Virus record (IMG/VR): IMGVR_UViG_3300033233_000036
Location: 4,187-68,186 of that record
Origin: a virus
Length of the DNA stretch: 64,000 bases
Strand: one strand, 5' to 3'
Made by a program: the position numbers and the translations under genes. Each line of letters opens with the position of its first letter. Positions within the stretch are counted from its first letter, which is position 1. Positions 36,977-47,271 of the stretch are shown piece by piece. The notes beneath the pieces are model-generated. The model was not told the DNA's origin. It did not search any database and saw only the letters and a program-made list of their open reading frames with translations.

Positions 36977-39103
36977 TTAAGCTACAAGAGAAGCAAAAGA
37001 TGAAAGTATTTTTTTATTAGTAGATTTGTTTTTTAACATTTTTCGAAAAGCTTTACCAATTTGAGCATTGGAAGATTCTTCATCAATTTCAAATTCTATA
37101 TTGGAAGAAAGACTGTTTGAAGAGATAGCATAAAGTGCATCGTATCCAAAGTCATTAAATTCTGTGGATTTTTCTTTTCTCCATTTTTCAATAGATTTAG
37201 AAAGTTTGTTATCTTCGACAAGAAAATTTCGACGACAAAAAGAATTGAATTCATATCCAGAAAGAATACGAAATCCAATTAGATTTATTTCTGGAAAATT
37301 ATGTTTAATATTTTCCAGAAGTATCGTAGTCATAGAATTTTGAATTGTATTCCAATCAAAGTTTCGATAAACATTTCCAGTTTTACGATCACGAAGAGCC
37401 GTAAGATTTGAACAACGTTTATATCCCATATATGAACTATGTTTATCAAGTTTAATTTCAGTATCAAAAGCCATGGAATTTGCTTCTCCATCAGTCAGAA
37501 GAATAATATTTACTTTTTGAAGTTTATTTTGTTCTTTAAATTGAGGAATAATTTTATGAAGAGAAATAATTGATTCATTCAAAGGAGTGCCACTCAATTC
37601 AAGTCCAGAAGGAATTCCATAATTGTCGTGACAGGAACGATCATTACGATAAGCAATTCTCCAAATATTTTGCAGATGATTTTCTATTTCACGAGAATTA
37701 GAACGAGAAGAAAAGAAATTGAGAAGATGGAAGTGTTCATTAATTGAAATCACTTTAGACTTACGATCATATTTTTCTAGAACTTCTTCACCAAGAAGAC
37801 GATCAGAAAACTCATAAGTAAAAGCATAAACTTCAAAAGGAATTTGAACTTTTTTGCAAAACCAAACAAGATTGAAAAGTTGTTTTACAGTGTCCAAAAT
37901 ATAATCAGACATAGAACCACTCCAATCTAAAAGAAAAATCAATCCATGATTTTTGCCATCAGGAACTACAGATACTTTACGAAATACGTCTTCATTATAT
38001 TTGTAAGTATGAAGCTTACTAGTGTCAAGAACTCCAGTACGAGAAACAGCAGAACGAGAATAAGAATCTGCAGATTTTTTACACTCAAATTCTTTTACAA
38101 GATAATTAACTTCTTTTTGAGCAGAAGATTTATATTTTTTATATTCAGAATCAGAATTCTTAAATGGATTTTCCCAGTATTTTGGATCCCTATTTGAAAG
38201 ATATGAATTCCAAAATTTATCAATATGATCATGAAGATCTTTATGATCAATAATTACACGATCAATATGAATATTGGGAATTTCAATATAGGTAGTTTCA
38301 TAAAAATTATTATTTTGATTTAGATCTTTAAGTTCATTATCAAAAGATCGTTGAGTTTTTGAAATATTTTCATCAATTTCTTCACTACCAATCCCATCAT
38401 CATCAGAATCAGAATCAATATTGGAAGTTGTTTTTTCAGATTGTTGAGATGAATAAGATTCATCATCACCTACATCACCCTCTCCAGACTCTTCCTGAGA
38501 GGTGCCAGAACCCGCCTGAGGCGTGCCAGAACCCTCTTGAGGTGTCTGAGTGATAATTTCTTTGTCCTTGATATATCCCATAATTTTACGGCATACATTC
38601 AAAACATCATCAAAAGTTTCTGCAGATTCAGTTAAATCTACAAATTTTTCTTCCTGATTCGAAAAAGGAACACGAGCATATGCACCAATTTTAAAATGAA
38701 GATTGATGCGATCAATCAAAGAAAATGTTTCAAGATCATCATCTTCAATAGAGAAGAAGTCATCATCATTCAATTCATTATAACCTTTATAGAAAGACTT
38801 CGCTAGTCCAGGATATTTACGTTTCATCAACTTTTCAATGCGAGCATCTTCAATCACATTGACATAATCTTTAGGAATTTCACCAATAAAATCCCATTGA
38901 TCTGGAGTATAAAGAGCATGTCCAACTTCATGTCCAACAAGCATGTCATAAACAGTTGGAGAAGCTTTGTCCCACAAAGGAAGAACAAGAACTCGATTCA
39001 ATACATCAAAAGATGCAGTAGAAACTTTTTTATGTTCCACCACAAGATTTTCAGTTGCGAGAAGACGAGCGAGACTACCTTTAACTTCGTGGTTGACAGA
39101 CAT
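36977..39103 (-). CDS. CobT-like metallopeptidase-VWA protein
   Basis: HEVGH, EDARIE, DWSGSM, GTPL, LTDG; probable start MSVNHE. Confidence 0.85.
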   Translation of the reverse strand: MSVNHEVKGSLARLLATENLVVEHKKVSTASFDVLNRVLVLPLWDKASPTVYDMLVGHEVGHALYTPDQWDFIGEIPKDYVNVIEDARIEKLMKRKYPGLAKSFYKGYNELNDDDFFSIEDDDLETFSLIDRINLHFKIGAYARVPFSNQEEKFVDLTESAETFDDVLNVCRKIMGYIKDKEIITQTPQEGSGTPQAGSGTSQEESGEGDVGDDESYSSQQSEKTTSNIDSDSDDDGIGSEEIDENISKTQRSFDNELKDLNQNNNFYETTYIEIPNIHIDRVIIDHKDLHDHIDKFWNSYLSNRDPKYWENPFKNSDSEYKKYKSSAQKEVNYLVKEFECKKSADSYSRSAVSRTGVLDTSKLHTYKYNEDVFRKVSVVPDGKNHGLIFLLDWSGSMSDYILDTVKQLFNLVWFCKKVQIPFEVYAFTYEFSDRLLGEEVLEKYDRKSKVISINEHFHLLNFFSSRSNSREIENHLQNIWRIAYRNDRSCHDNYGIPSGLELSGTPLNESIISLHKIIPQFKEQNKLQKVNIILLTDGEANSMAFDTEIKLDKHSSYMGYKRCSNLTALRDRKTGNVYRNFDWNTIQNSMTTILLENIKHNFPEINLIGFRILSGYEFNSFCRRNFLVEDNKLSKSIEKWRKEKSTEFNDFGYDALYAISSNSLSSNIEFEIDEESSNAQIGKAFRKMLKNKSTNKKILSSFASLVA

Positions 39104-39122
39104 TAATTTTTTTTCGTATGCA

Positions 39123-39272
39123 TCAATAATACGACGAAACCGCCCCATTGGAGCGGTTCATGTGACGCTTTTTAAACTGGGACAATCGTTCTTTTGCCTG
39201 TCGCAGTGCTTGTGGTTTAAGTTTTCGTTTCTGATCTTTCTTGGAATGGTGGTATCGATTAGGGACTTGCAT
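39123..39272 (-). CDS. Small basic hypothetical protein
   Basis: Manual translation: MQVPNRYHHSKKDQKRKLKPQALRQAKERLSQFKKR... Confidence 0.6.
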   Translation of the reverse strand: MQVPNRYHHSKKDQKRKLKPQALRQAKERLSQFKKRHMNRSNGAVSSYY

Positions 39273-39286
39273 TGTTCTGGGATGTA

Positions 39287-40999
39287 TCAGGACACTATAC
39301 GGGAAAAACCTTTGACTTTTCCAAATTTTAACACATTTTCAAACTTATCGTTTAAATCAGACTTATGAGAAATCACAAATATATTAGCATCTTTAATGAT
39401 GTAACGGATGATCTTCAGAAACTCATCAGTACCAAATCCATCAAGTGATGAATCAAATACTTCATCTAAAATCAATAGATTAGTATTTACTGAATTTTTA
39501 ATTCTGGCAACCTCTCTCCAGGTAAACAATAATGACAAGTCAACTCTCATTTTTTCACCTTCAGAAAAAGATGCATAAGAAAAATTCTCATGAATGGGAG
39601 ATTTAATTGTTTCATTAAACTCGTCGTCCAATTGAAAGTTGATATAAAAATCCATCATTTGTAAATAACGATTTACTTGTTGATTAATCAACGGCAAATA
39701 GTTTTTAATAATTTTAGATTTGACTCCACCATCTTTAAGAAGATGAAAAATAAAATCATGATATTGAAAATTTTCTTTAGAATCTTTTAATTCTTTTTCA
39801 ATTTTCTTCAATGATGAATTGAATTGTTTTAGTTTATCAGTTTCTTCTGTTTTATTCTCCAATCCATGAGAAATTATTTGAACCTCATCTAAAATGTCTT
39901 TACAGACTTTTTGATTATTTTTAATCTGATTTAAAGAAAGTTGAACTTCTTTAGTTTTTTCAAAAACATCTTTAGATAAATTATTAAATTTTTTCTCATC
40001 ATCTAAAGTTTGTTGAATATGACTTTCAAGTTCTTCAATACCAGAAATCATTTCTGAAATTTTTTCATCATGTTCTGAAATTTTTGTTAATTTAACTTCA
40101 TCAGAAATAATTTGACTACAAGTTGGACAAGTTTCATTTTCAACAAAGAAATTTTTATCAGATTTCAAACGAGAAAGTTTGTTATCTAACTTCCCACGAT
40201 ATTCACTTAATTTTTTAGTTTTAGAAGATGAATTTACATAAGAACTCATATCCTCATTTAATTTTTCTATTTGCGAGTTGATGAGATTAACTTTAATATT
40301 TTCAGTTTCAATCTCATTTTCAAGTTCTTCAATCTTGTTGGATTTACGAGAAATTTCTGCTTTTCCTTTGGTTTCAATTTCATTGATAAAATTTCTTTGC
40401 ATTTCAATTTTTTCTCGAATCATTTCTTTTTGTGATTCAAGAGTTCTAAGATTTTCATTAAATCCACGAATACGATCTTTAACAATTGTATTCATTGAAG
40501 AAAATACTTTAATATCCAAAAGATCTTCAATTACTTCCCTGCGATGAGCTGCAGGAAGTTGCATAAAGGGAACAAAAGTAGAAGATCCAAGAACAACAAT
40601 TTGAGTAAAAGATTTGTAATTTAATTTTAAAATATTTTGTTCTAGATTTTTTTGATCATCTTTTGCTTCCGAGCTTTGAGATAACATATTACCATTACGA
40701 TATATCTCAAAGATATTTGGTTTCATACCACGACGAACCAACCATTCAGTAGAGGCTGTGGAAAACTCAATTTCTACAAGACAATCTTTTTCGTTTTGAG
40801 AATTTAAAAGTTGTGGTTTATTAATTTTACGAAATGGTTTATTAAATAAAACAAAAGTAAGAGCATCCAAAACAGTGCTTTTCCCAGCACCATTTGTACC
40901 AACAATCAAAGTCGTTGCATGATCGGTAAAATTGATCTCAGTAAATTGATTTCCAGTACTTAGGAAATTTTTCCACTTAATTTTTTTAAAACAAATCAT
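39287..40999 (-). CDS. 46: Recombination ATPase subunit (gp46, Rad50-like)
   Basis: GTNGAGKST, CPTC hook, FSEGE, LDEVFD. Confidence 0.96.
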   Translation of the reverse strand: MICFKKIKWKNFLSTGNQFTEINFTDHATTLIVGTNGAGKSTVLDALTFVLFNKPFRKINKPQLLNSQNEKDCLVEIEFSTASTEWLVRRGMKPNIFEIYRNGNMLSQSSEAKDDQKNLEQNILKLNYKSFTQIVVLGSSTFVPFMQLPAAHRREVIEDLLDIKVFSSMNTIVKDRIRGFNENLRTLESQKEMIREKIEMQRNFINEIETKGKAEISRKSNKIEELENEIETENIKVNLINSQIEKLNEDMSSYVNSSSKTKKLSEYRGKLDNKLSRLKSDKNFFVENETCPTCSQIISDEVKLTKISEHDEKISEMISGIEELESHIQQTLDDEKKFNNLSKDVFEKTKEVQLSLNQIKNNQKVCKDILDEVQIISHGLENKTEETDKLKQFNSSLKKIEKELKDSKENFQYHDFIFHLLKDGGVKSKIIKNYLPLINQQVNRYLQMMDFYINFQLDDEFNETIKSPIHENFSYASFSEGEKMRVDLSLLFTWREVARIKNSVNTNLLILDEVFDSSLDGFGTDEFLKIIRYIIKDANIFVISHKSDLNDKFENVLKFGKVKGFSRIVS

Positions 41000-41255
41000 T
41001 ATCTCTGGGAGGTATTACAAGATCATTTTCATCAATTATAACATAGTTGTATTTGTTTTCTTCGCAAATTTTAATAGTAGGTTCATCATCAACTTCAATT
41101 ACAGTCAATTGGGGAAAGTCATCTGCTTCTAAAAGTCCTGCAAATCTTTCTGCATCATCTTCTTCCTTGAAAAGATAAAGAATTCTATCTCCTTCATCAT
41201 TTTCAACAGCATATAATCCTTCGTCTTCTCTACCATTTAATGCAAGAACAAACAT
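40986..41255 (-). CDS. Hypothetical phage protein
   Basis: LYLF.EEDDA.RFA.LL; lies between gp47 and gp46. Confidence 0.7.
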   Translation of the reverse strand: MFVLALNGREDEGLYAVENDEGDRILYLFKEEDDAERFAGLLEADDFPQLTVIEVDDEPTIKICEENKYNYVIIDENDLVIPPRDNDLF

Positions 41256-42295
41256 TACTCTACTTCACATGATTCTTTATAAATTGATGAAATTAATTTT
41301 TTAATTACTGATTTATTCAACGAAGATTCACTATCTTCAATATATCTATTTAATATAGAAATTGTATCTTCATTTTCAGAAGCTTCAAAATCAATATCAA
41401 TATTTAGATCATAATTTTCAATTACTTTAACTTCTAAAGTATTAATTTGATTTAATTTATCGATAAATTTTTCAAACTGTTTTTCATCAGTTTTTTTCTT
41501 AACAATAACTTTTACAAATTTATTTTCATATTCTGAATAATTAAAAATTTGATGAGGAGTATCAGAATATTGAATTTTTTTATAAATCGTAAATGGATTA
41601 TTGACTGGAGTATGAGTCAATGTTTCTGTGTCAAAGATATGAAATCCACGAGTATCATCCACATCATTCCAGTAGATTTCATAAGGATTTCCTAGATAAT
41701 AAATTTTACCATCATTACTACGGGTATGAAAATGTCCAGAAAATACTTTAGAAAATTTATTAAGGATTGATTTATCATCTCCATGATCCATAACAAATCC
41801 ACGATAAGGAGAAAATCCAGTAAGTTCCAAATGTCCCATTGCAATCTGAGCATTTGTTTTTGCGATTAACTGAAGTGTTTCATCTCTATTTTCAGAATTA
41901 ATCCAAGGAATAAACATAATTTTTAATCCACCAATAGACAATTCTGAAGGATTTCCAATTACGTTTACATTTTCATATTCACGAAGAAGTAAATCAACTC
42001 CACTTACATTATTGGTATTTTTATAATATGCAGTATGATTTCCAACAATTGTATAAACATTACATCCCATATTTTTGAGACGATCATAATAGTTTTCTTG
42101 AGCCCATTTCAAAGCCCAAAAATCAACTGACTTACGATTATCAAAGGTATCACCCATGTCAATGACTGTGGTAATACCTTGTTCTTCTAGAGTTGGAAAA
42201 AATACTTCATTATAAAATTTTAAAAAATAATCATGAAATACTTTAGATCCCTTTCTAGCACCAAAGTGTTGATCAGTCACAATTGCAATTTTCAT
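41255..42295 (-). CDS. 47: Recombination nuclease (gp47, Mre11-like)
   Basis: DQHFG, GDTFD, GNH, GHFH. Confidence 0.96.
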   Translation of the reverse strand: MKIAIVTDQHFGARKGSKVFHDYFLKFYNEVFFPTLEEQGITTVIDMGDTFDNRKSVDFWALKWAQENYYDRLKNMGCNVYTIVGNHTAYYKNTNNVSGVDLLLREYENVNVIGNPSELSIGGLKIMFIPWINSENRDETLQLIAKTNAQIAMGHLELTGFSPYRGFVMDHGDDKSILNKFSKVFSGHFHTRSNDGKIYYLGNPYEIYWNDVDDTRGFHIFDTETLTHTPVNNPFTIYKKIQYSDTPHQIFNYSEYENKFVKVIVKKKTDEKQFEKFIDKLNQINTLEVKVIENYDLNIDIDFEASENEDTISILNRYIEDSESSLNKSVIKKLISSIYKESCEVE

Positions 42296-42296
42296 A

Positions 42297-42794
42297 TCAA
42301 TAATTATTGTAACGATATTGAATATTATTTTTAATTGTATTTAAATCTGAGTCACTACTAGAAAGTATATTACCATCGGAACCAAATACTTCATCAAATC
42401 CACAATGATCTAAAAGTTTTGATTTAACTTCCAATTGTCTCTTCTCTTTAGCTATACGACGAAGAAACGCATAATAAATGACTTGAGTAAAATAGGCAAA
42501 TGGATTGGAAGATTTTTCTGGATCAAAATTGTGAATGTACTGAACACAGTTTTCAATACCATCACATATCATATCTTCCCTAAACATGTAGTTAACAAAG
42601 TTAGGTTTGTATGATAGGTGAGTTGCAATCTTTAAAAAGCACTCTCCAAGATAGTTGGTAATGCGTGGTTTTGGCAAATCATTTTCTTTTGCAACATTAA
42701 CCTTACGTCTATACTCAACAATTGCTTCCAAAAAATCTTTATTGTTTACATAATGTTCTGATACTTTTTTATGTCTTACCATTGTTAATGCCAT
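42297..42794 (-). CDS. 55: Late sigma factor (gp55)
   Basis: HYVNNK, NFVNY, NPFAYFTQ...AFLRRI. Confidence 0.95.
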   Translation of the reverse strand: MALTMVRHKKVSEHYVNNKDFLEAIVEYRRKVNVAKENDLPKPRITNYLGECFLKIATHLSYKPNFVNYMFREDMICDGIENCVQYIHNFDPEKSSNPFAYFTQVIYYAFLRRIAKEKRQLEVKSKLLDHCGFDEVFGSDGNILSSSDSDLNTIKNNIQYRYNNY

Positions 42795-42823
42795 TACTCT
42801 AGGTTAACTCAATCATGTACTGA

Positions 42824-42895
42824 ATTATAACACATTCTTATAAGCTTGACAATACTTCAAAATATGAGTATGATAACTCTGTCAGGGTTCAAAGG
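42824..42895. promoter_or_regulatory. Overlapping divergent sigma70-type promoters
   Basis: Minus strand TTGTCA-17-TATAAT toward gp55; plus strand TTGACA-17-TATGAT; the -35 boxes overlap. Confidence 0.7.
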
Positions 42896-42901
42896 TTAGC
42901 T

Positions 42902-43303
42902 TTAGCTTCCTTTATATAGCTTCTCTAAGTTACTTTTAAACTCATCTAAACTTGATATGTATCCCATTTCTTTTGTAATCTTAGATTTAGATGCTTTATT
43001 TTTATTGTATCTTTCATTTTTAGATACAAATTTCTTATACATCATTAATATGTCATCATTCATAATTTCAGTCATGGTTAAAACTTTTTCCATATCTAAA
43101 AAAAATAAAGAATCGTCAGACATTTTAATCCAAGGTTCAAACTGAATTCCAGATATATTCATTCTGGATATATTAATTTCTTTAACTAAAACTGGAGATT
43201 CAACTAAAAGAACAATACGATTGTGTTCATCAATCGGACAAACTTTTGCCATTATTTCTTCACCAGATATTAATTTTAAAGTTGCATAAAATTCTTCTTC
43301 CAT
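42902..43303 (-). CDS. Hypothetical protein (small beta-rich fold)
   Basis: LKLISGEEI...PW motif; follows uvsW. Confidence 0.7.
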   Translation of the reverse strand: MEEEFYATLKLISGEEIMAKVCPIDEHNRIVLLVESPVLVKEINISRMNISGIQFEPWIKMSDDSLFFLDMEKVLTMTEIMNDDILMMYKKFVSKNERYNKNKASKSKITKEMGYISSLDEFKSNLEKLYKGS

Positions 43304-44770
43304 CTATTTTTTAAGTTTGATATTAATAATCGTGTAATTAAAATACTCTTCATTATAAGTTTTAATTCTTTCAGTTAAATGATTAAGAGTATAATTGCGA
43401 ATTGAATTGTAACTTATATCATCAGCAATGTCATATAATACTGCTTTCTGTTTTTGATTAGATTTTCTTAAAACTCTACCAATCGATTGTAGATTTCTAA
43501 TTCTAGATTTTGATGGTGAAGCAAAAATTACATTATGAAGATTTTTGATATTAATACCTGTAGAAAAAGTTCCATATGATGCAATGATAATTGCGTTGGA
43601 TTCTTGTTCCGTAATTCTACGAACTTCTTCTCTATCTTCGGTATCAACTCCTCCATGAATGAAAAAAACCTTTTGATTTTTTTCCTTATCAGTATTTATA
43701 AGATCAAAAAGTATTTGTCCATGAGATTCAACTCTCGAATAAAGAACTAAACTATTTCCTTTCAAATCCAATGTTAAATTTTTAATAAAATTATTTCTTT
43801 TTTCATTACTAATTAAATATTGAATTTCATCTTCATATTTTTCAAATTTTTGTCCTTCATGTTTTAAAAGTAAAATTTTAATATCAAGTTTTGATAGATG
43901 TCCTTTATCAATTAATTCCTTGGTTTTAGTTACATTATAAGAAGGTCCGAATAAACCTTCTAAAACCCATTTATGAGTTTGAGTTCCATCTAAAGTTCCA
44001 GTAAATCCAAAACGATGTTTGCAGTCTAAAAGTTTAGACATAATATCAACTAATGATTTTGATTTAAATTGATGTGCTTCATCTCCAATAACAACATCAA
44101 ATTTATCAAACCATTTTACTGGTTCCCGAAATATTGATTGCCAAGTTGTAATTACAACTGGTACGTTAATATCATATCTTTCTCTTCCAGAATAAATTTT
44201 GTGACAATGATTTTCTGCATCCCAACCATAGTCTTCAAAGTCTTTATACATCTGTTCCACCAGAGAAGTAGTGGGAACAATAATTAAAGTTGACAAATTC
44301 TTTTCTGTATAGTATCTTGTGATTGCATAAATCATCAAAGATTTTCCAGATGCAGTTGGTGAAATTAGAAGTTTTCTCTTATAATGAAGAGCACTGTAAA
44401 TTCCTTCAATTTGATAATCTCTGGGTTCATGTCTAGAAATAGATTTTACATAATCTGAAACTCCTTCATGAGAAATCATTTCATTTATTTCAAATGGAAC
44501 ACCATAAAATTTGTTATCTACAAATTCATATGTGTATCCACTTTTTTCTGCAAATGTAACTAATTTATCTAATAATCCAACATATAATTCTTTTTTTGTT
44601 AAATTAAAAAGACGAATTTTTCCATCCCAATATTTTTTACGATATTGAGGCATAAATTTTGCCCCAGGAACATCAAATGTAAATCTATCTGAAAGTTCTT
44701 GTAAAATATATGGTTCGGATTCTATTTTAAGATATACTTCGTTTTTCTTTTCTATTATAATATTTTTCAT
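43304..44770 (-). CDS. uvsW: SF2 helicase UvsW
   Basis: PTASGKS, DEAH, TGT, QSIGR. Confidence 0.95.
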   Translation of the reverse strand: MKNIIIEKKNEVYLKIESEPYILQELSDRFTFDVPGAKFMPQYRKKYWDGKIRLFNLTKKELYVGLLDKLVTFAEKSGYTYEFVDNKFYGVPFEINEMISHEGVSDYVKSISRHEPRDYQIEGIYSALHYKRKLLISPTASGKSLMIYAITRYYTEKNLSTLIIVPTTSLVEQMYKDFEDYGWDAENHCHKIYSGRERYDINVPVVITTWQSIFREPVKWFDKFDVVIGDEAHQFKSKSLVDIMSKLLDCKHRFGFTGTLDGTQTHKWVLEGLFGPSYNVTKTKELIDKGHLSKLDIKILLLKHEGQKFEKYEDEIQYLISNEKRNNFIKNLTLDLKGNSLVLYSRVESHGQILFDLINTDKEKNQKVFFIHGGVDTEDREEVRRITEQESNAIIIASYGTFSTGINIKNLHNVIFASPSKSRIRNLQSIGRVLRKSNQKQKAVLYDIADDISYNSIRNYTLNHLTERIKTYNEEYFNYTIINIKLKK

Positions 44771-44773
44771 TCA

Positions 44774-45205
44774 TTAACTAAATCCAGCTTGAAATTTATT
44801 CCAATCAATGGCATTTTTGATTTGAAAAGTTCGATTACTAATAGTTTTAATAATCTCTTCTAAGTATTTAAGAGTTGTTTCATAATATTCATTTTTTAAT
44901 TTAAGATGACAAAGTTTTTCATCAGCTTCAAGATAACGAGACATTGATTCCTTGTCTCTTACTTTGAATGGAAAAGGTTCTTCTGCATAAATTTCTGGTG
45001 AAGCTTTTCCATTATAAAATTCATAACGATCTCTTTTAAGAGCATTGATGTCTTGTATACACTTCTTACTCAGAAGCATTGTATTATTATAAATTTTGTA
45101 ATATTTTGAATGAAGTTGTGGAATTTTTAAAGATTCTAAATGTAGATTGTCTGGATCAATATTTGCATCTTCTTCCCACATTTTTTGAATTTCATCAAGA
45201 GTCAT
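44774..45205 (-). CDS. uvsY: Recombination mediator UvsY
   Basis: LHSKY...R.FQIKNAIDW.KF.AG. Confidence 0.9.
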   Translation of the reverse strand: MTLDEIQKMWEEDANIDPDNLHLESLKIPQLHSKYYKIYNNTMLLSKKCIQDINALKRDRYEFYNGKASPEIYAEEPFPFKVRDKESMSRYLEADEKLCHLKLKNEYYETTLKYLEEIIKTISNRTFQIKNAIDWNKFQAGFS

Positions 45206-45738
45206 AAACGATTTCCAAATTGATCAACAATATTGTAAATAGTATACTTGAAAGATACGTTGGCTGTAAAGTATGTATAATCTCTTTCTCTAGCGTCAAA
45301 TTCTAGGGTTGTTAAATTGAATGGAAATACTCCATTAAATTTTATATCTGCTTGTGTTTTATAACTACTGTTTAATACTGATAGAGTTGCATTTGATAAC
45401 TCTGGAAAATTTCGATTCAATCTATCTGTAGAATATTGTGATTGATATTCTTGAAATTCTCCAATATTTTCTGGAAATCCTAATGCAGTCATCCAATTAT
45501 GGATTTCCATATAGTTTTCTAAATTTTCATCAACAAGAAAACTAAGATTCAAATCTTCATAAACTAACATATCACCAGGGTGATCAATCATCTTTAAGTA
45601 ATTTGGTTGAACTGCAACTCCCAAATTCATTCCTGGAATATTTGCTGAGTTGCAAAAAAAATCTACTTTTGGAGCATGTTCAAGTTTAAACTTGAATCCA
45701 ATAGGAGACAAATAATTTCTGTTTGATGGTTGAGACAT
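45202..45738 (-). CDS. 3: Tail tube terminator (gp3)
   Basis: NYLSP..F, F.VDE...NY.EIH.W, FP..L; synteny after gp23. Confidence 0.85.
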   Translation of the reverse strand: MSQPSNRNYLSPIGFKFKLEHAPKVDFFCNSANIPGMNLGVAVQPNYLKMIDHPGDMLVYEDLNLSFLVDENLENYMEIHNWMTALGFPENIGEFQEYQSQYSTDRLNRNFPELSNATLSVLNSSYKTQADIKFNGVFPFNLTTLEFDARERDYTYFTANVSFKYTIYNIVDQFGNRL

Positions 45739-45763
45739 AATAAGGTTTTATTTATATTTAGAC

Positions 45764-45792
45764 AAAAAAAGAGGGGCTTTAGAGCCCCTCCA
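45764..45792 (-). terminator. Terminator after gp23
   Basis: GAGGGGCT/AGCCCCTC stem followed by T7. Confidence 0.8.
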
Positions 45793-45810
45793 GAATTTTG
45801 TGAGAAAGAC

Positions 45811-47214
45811 TCACATGAGGTTCTTAACTTGAACTCTTCTGTAGTAACGGTTTGCGTTAGTTTTGAGTCTACCAAGTCCTTGTCCATCAGAAGCTGAACC
45901 TTCTGCAAATGGATTAGCAACCATACCGTATCTGGTTTTGAATCCAATTTTTGGTTGGAAGTTATCTTGTCCAACTGCACGAACCATTTGAAGAGGAACG
46001 TATGGGCAGTAGAATAATCCTGCGTCATAAGGATTTTGTCCCTTATAACCAATAACGTAGTACTGGTTAGCAGAAACGTTAGCTGAATAAGGATCGATAT
46101 AAACTTTGTACTTACCGTTAATAGTACCAGCAAAAGTATTACCAGTGTCATCAACACTAAGTCCAACGTTAAGTGCAGGGGTGTAATCAAGAACACCAGC
46201 CATGGTGAGTGCCGAAGCAACGTCAGCAGAACAGATGATCGTGTTACCCTTTCCTCTACGAGTTCTTTGTGCGATAGCGTTAGCATCTCTTTCGAGTTGG
46301 AAAAGAAGTCCTTTGAACTTCTCAACACTCCAACGTCCATTGGAGTCAACGTCTAAGTCAAAGATACCTGCAGTTGCAGTGTTTGTTTGAGCACCAGCTT
46401 CAGCGATGTTGTAAATGGTTCTTACAACTTCACGGTTGATTTCAGCAAGAATCTCGGTTGAGAGAATGTTTGCTAATTCAGCTTCAGCATCAAGTCCATG
46501 GATTGCCTTGAGATCTTGTGCAAGTTCTAATGAGTACTCAGCTTTGAGTGCTCTTGATTTTGCAGCAACAGTGACTTTCTCGATTGAGAATGCCATTTCT
46601 CCAAAAGCATTTCCAGCGCCGCCATCGCCAAGAGCTTCAGCAGCTCCTGTTGACATTGCTTGTCCTACGTTGTAGGTTCCAGCAGATACGTCGTTGAGAA
46701 CTGAAGGGTTTGAACCAGTTTGAGCAGCAGTTGTTGCAATACCAACAGAAGCTTGTGCAGTGTAATCACTTGCAGCAAGGTTTCCACCAGCATTTTGTCC
46801 AGAGAATCTTGAATCTGCTTCGTTGAAGAAAGCTTCAGTTCCGCTGTTGTTGGTGTAACGAGTTCTCATTGCAAAAATGAGTCCCGTTGGGCCGTTCATT
46901 GGTTGAACACCGCAAATATCATATGCGATGAGTTGAGGCATTGAACGACGAATGAGGCTGATCAATACTGGATCGAAACCAGCAACAGGGCCCGCAGCAG
47001 CTGCAGTTCCATAAGTACCGCCACCGAAACCACCAGTTCCACCAGACATGGTTGGGCTAGCTTCTGAAAGGAAACCACGCTCTTCACGAAGGAAGCGCTC
47101 TTGGTTTTCTAAGAGTTGAGCTGTTACGGCTTTACGATGAGGATCTTTAATATCTTCTAGACCCTCACAATTGAGGAGTGGGCTCCACTTCTCTTGTAAG
47201 TTTTGGTTAAACAT
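45811..47214 (-). CDS. 23: Major capsid protein (gp23)
   Basis: GVQPM.GPTGLIFAMR, KSRALKAEY, FKTRYG. Confidence 0.98.
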   Translation of the reverse strand: MFNQNLQEKWSPLLNCEGLEDIKDPHRKAVTAQLLENQERFLREERGFLSEASPTMSGGTGGFGGGTYGTAAAAGPVAGFDPVLISLIRRSMPQLIAYDICGVQPMNGPTGLIFAMRTRYTNNSGTEAFFNEADSRFSGQNAGGNLAASDYTAQASVGIATTAAQTGSNPSVLNDVSAGTYNVGQAMSTGAAEALGDGGAGNAFGEMAFSIEKVTVAAKSRALKAEYSLELAQDLKAIHGLDAEAELANILSTEILAEINREVVRTIYNIAEAGAQTNTATAGIFDLDVDSNGRWSVEKFKGLLFQLERDANAIAQRTRRGKGNTIICSADVASALTMAGVLDYTPALNVGLSVDDTGNTFAGTINGKYKVYIDPYSANVSANQYYVIGYKGQNPYDAGLFYCPYVPLQMVRAVGQDNFQPKIGFKTRYGMVANPFAEGSASDGQGLGRLKTNANRYYRRVQVKNLM

Positions 47215-47271
47215 TTAAGGGTTCTCCTTGTGTTGTTGATGTTTGATTTCGTTTGTTTAATGATTTAAAAA

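Noticed and set aside
45663-46349. 228-aa alternative-frame ORF overlapping gp23
   Set aside because: Leu-rich off-frame product expected from biased codon usage; no RBS or recognisable motif.
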